Part shown: in pieces, positions 62,576-64,000 of the stretch
How positions within the stretch are numbered: the stretch's first letter is position 1
How the letters are laid out: every line of letters begins with the position of its first letter
Assembly: GCA_963666735.1 (NCBI GenBank)
Contig: OY762926.1
Span: 992,001-1,056,000, forward strand
Direction of reading: 5' to 3'
Source: Gemmatimonadota bacterium
GTDB taxonomy: Bacteria; Gemmatimonadota; Gemmatimonadetes; Palauibacterales; Palauibacteraceae
Length of the DNA: 64,000 bases
Notes under the pieces: generated by a model
Seen by the model: the letters and a program-made list of their open reading frames with translations, nothing else
What the model was told of the DNA's origin: nothing
The model's database searches: none
Translations under genes and position numbers: made by a program

Positions 62576-63391
62576 GTGCCGACCGACGCGCTCTCCCGGC
62601 TCCTGCTCAGCCGGGAGCCGGGAGAGACCACCGTTCGCGCGTGGACGGACGAGATCGCGGGCGATCTCCTCGGCGGGTCTTCGCACGTCCGCGAACCGAA
62701 CTTCGCGAAGATCGGCCCGGACGATCTCGCAGCCCTGTTCGCTGGTTACGACGGCCGCTTTCTGGACGGTCTGTGCGGACGGATCCTGGGGCCGGACACC
62801 CTCGCCTTCCGGCTTTCCGGGCGGATGACGCGCGCGGGGGGCAAGACCACGCGTTTCGAACGCCGAGGTCGCGCCCCGCGGTTCGAGATCGCGGTCGCCA
62901 CCTCGATCCTGTTCGACGGGTTCGGGGAGGACGACCGGGATGTGACGGCCTGCGGGCTTCCCTGCCGAAACCGGCTCGAGGCTCTGCAGCGGATCTTCGA
63001 ACACGAACTCGTGCACCTCGCCGAGCTGCTGTGCTGGGGCGAGAGCCACTGCGGAAGGTCGCGTTTCCGGGGGATCGCGAAGCGTCTCTTCCTCCATCGG
63101 GCGCACACCCACCAACTCATCACCCGCTCCGAGCGCGCCGCCCGGGATGGGATCGTGGTGGGCGCGCGCGTCGCTTTCCTCTTTCGCGGCCAACTCCTGA
63201 CGGGACGCGTGAACCGGATCACCAAACGCGCCACCGTGCTCGTGGAGGACAGGCGGGCCCCGCGCTGGTCCGACGGACGCCGCTACGCCCGCTACTACGT
63301 GCCCCTCGGCAGACTCCGACTCGTCGACCCGGAGGCGGGCCGCGGGCAGGAGCCGCGCCACGAACACGAGCCGCGCCGGGGGCGGGCGTGA
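62576..63391 (+). CDS. SprT-like zinc metalloprotease with C-terminal SH3/KOW-like domain
   Basis: SGRMTRAGG, HELVH (HEXXH), C-terminal VGARVAFLFRG...GRVNRITKRATVLV. Confidence 0.65.
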   Translation: MPTDALSRLLLSREPGETTVRAWTDEIAGDLLGGSSHVREPNFAKIGPDDLAALFAGYDGRFLDGLCGRILGPDTLAFRLSGRMTRAGGKTTRFERRGRAPRFEIAVATSILFDGFGEDDRDVTACGLPCRNRLEALQRIFEHELVHLAELLCWGESHCGRSRFRGIAKRLFLHRAHTHQLITRSERAARDGIVVGARVAFLFRGQLLTGRVNRITKRATVLVEDRRAPRWSDGRRYARYYVPLGRLRLVDPEAGRGQEPRHEHEPRRGRA

Positions 63392-64000
63392 CCGGACGGC
63401 GCCGGAGCCGCCCGAAGTTCACCCGGGAGACGGCGGTTCGATTGTGGCTGCACCGGCAGGGACTCGACCGGCCCCGCGGGTCCACCCCGCTCGACGCCGC
63501 GGCCTTCGTCGCCCACCTGGAACGGACGGGCGCCCTCCAACTCGACAGCGTGAACGTCGTGGACCGCGCCCACTACCTGACGCTCTGGAGCCGCTTCGGA
63601 TCGTACGACCGGGCGGACGTGGACCACTGGGTGTACGAGGATCGCTTCGCCTACGAGTACTGGGGGCACGAAGCCTCGATCCTTCCCATCTCCCACCTCC
63701 CCCTCGGACGGCGGCGCATGCGACGCTTCCCTCCGGAGAGCTGGTCGGGACGCGCCTGGTGGGGCCGATACGCGACCTCGACGACGTCGAAGCGGCGAGT
63801 GCTGCGACGGCTGCGCGCCGAGGGACCGCTGGAGAGCGTGGACTTCCAGCCGCAGGCGGCCGAACGCGAGGAGAAGACCGACTCGCTTGCGTGGCGCCTG
63901 AAGGAGGACAAGCGCTCGCTCAAGCTGCTATGGCACGACGGACGCGTCGCGGTGGCGGGGCGGCGCCACTTCCGCTGCATCTATGACATGGCCGAGCGGG
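63388..64000 (+). CDS. ycaQ: YcaQ/AlkZ (HTH_42) DNA crosslink-repair glycosylase; truncated by the window end
   Basis: Manual translation from GTG 63388: ...LERTGALQLDSVNVVDRAHYLTLWSRFGSYD...EYWGHEASILP (QxD motif); GTGA overlap with the SprT-like stop. Confidence 0.85.
   Translation, partial: MTGRRRSRPKFTRETAVRLWLHRQGLDRPRGSTPLDAAAFVAHLERTGALQLDSVNVVDRAHYLTLWSRFGSYDRADVDHWVYEDRFAYEYWGHEASILPISHLPLGRRRMRRFPPESWSGRAWWGRYATSTTSKRRVLRRLRAEGPLESVDFQPQAAEREEKTDSLAWRLKEDKRSLKLLWHDGRVAVAGRRHFRCIYDMAER

Overview
A very GC-rich bacterial window. Gene content resembles Gemmatimonadota, but that is an impression and untested. Most of the long ORFs in the six-frame track are shadow frames. In order, the window holds: a BNR/VPS10-type glycosyl hydrolase (truncated by the window edge), a Bor lipoprotein, pheA, an amidase and an outer-membrane beta-barrel; a decaying accessory island (about 7.1-11.75 kb) with a DUF5131 (Gp37/Gp68)-TcmP pair, tcmP split by an IS3-family element, and a type III R-M Mod'/'Res deletion chimera; a SAM-II riboswitch-led metH-yitJ operon; a DUF5916 protein; an NSAR/MenC-GNAT-S9 peptidase-SDR operon; PadR with a clear tandem operator; an AGCS amino-acid symporter; a glycogen locus (glgP, glgB, glgA, two GH57 genes); a MoxR/DUF58/DUF4350/DUF4129/RDD-SpoIIM module; an ABC exporter; M1 and S9 peptidases; a DUF418 pseudogene; and a coupled SprT-like protease + YcaQ pair. 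The best candidate for an undescribed system is a seven-gene cassette embedded between glgP and glgB. It encodes four ATP-grasp ligases, two serine esterases and a peptidase-E/cyanophycinase-like (S51) hydrolase, and may build and remove a peptide or acyl polymer linked to glycogen. Family calls come from motif recognition by eye; no searches were run.
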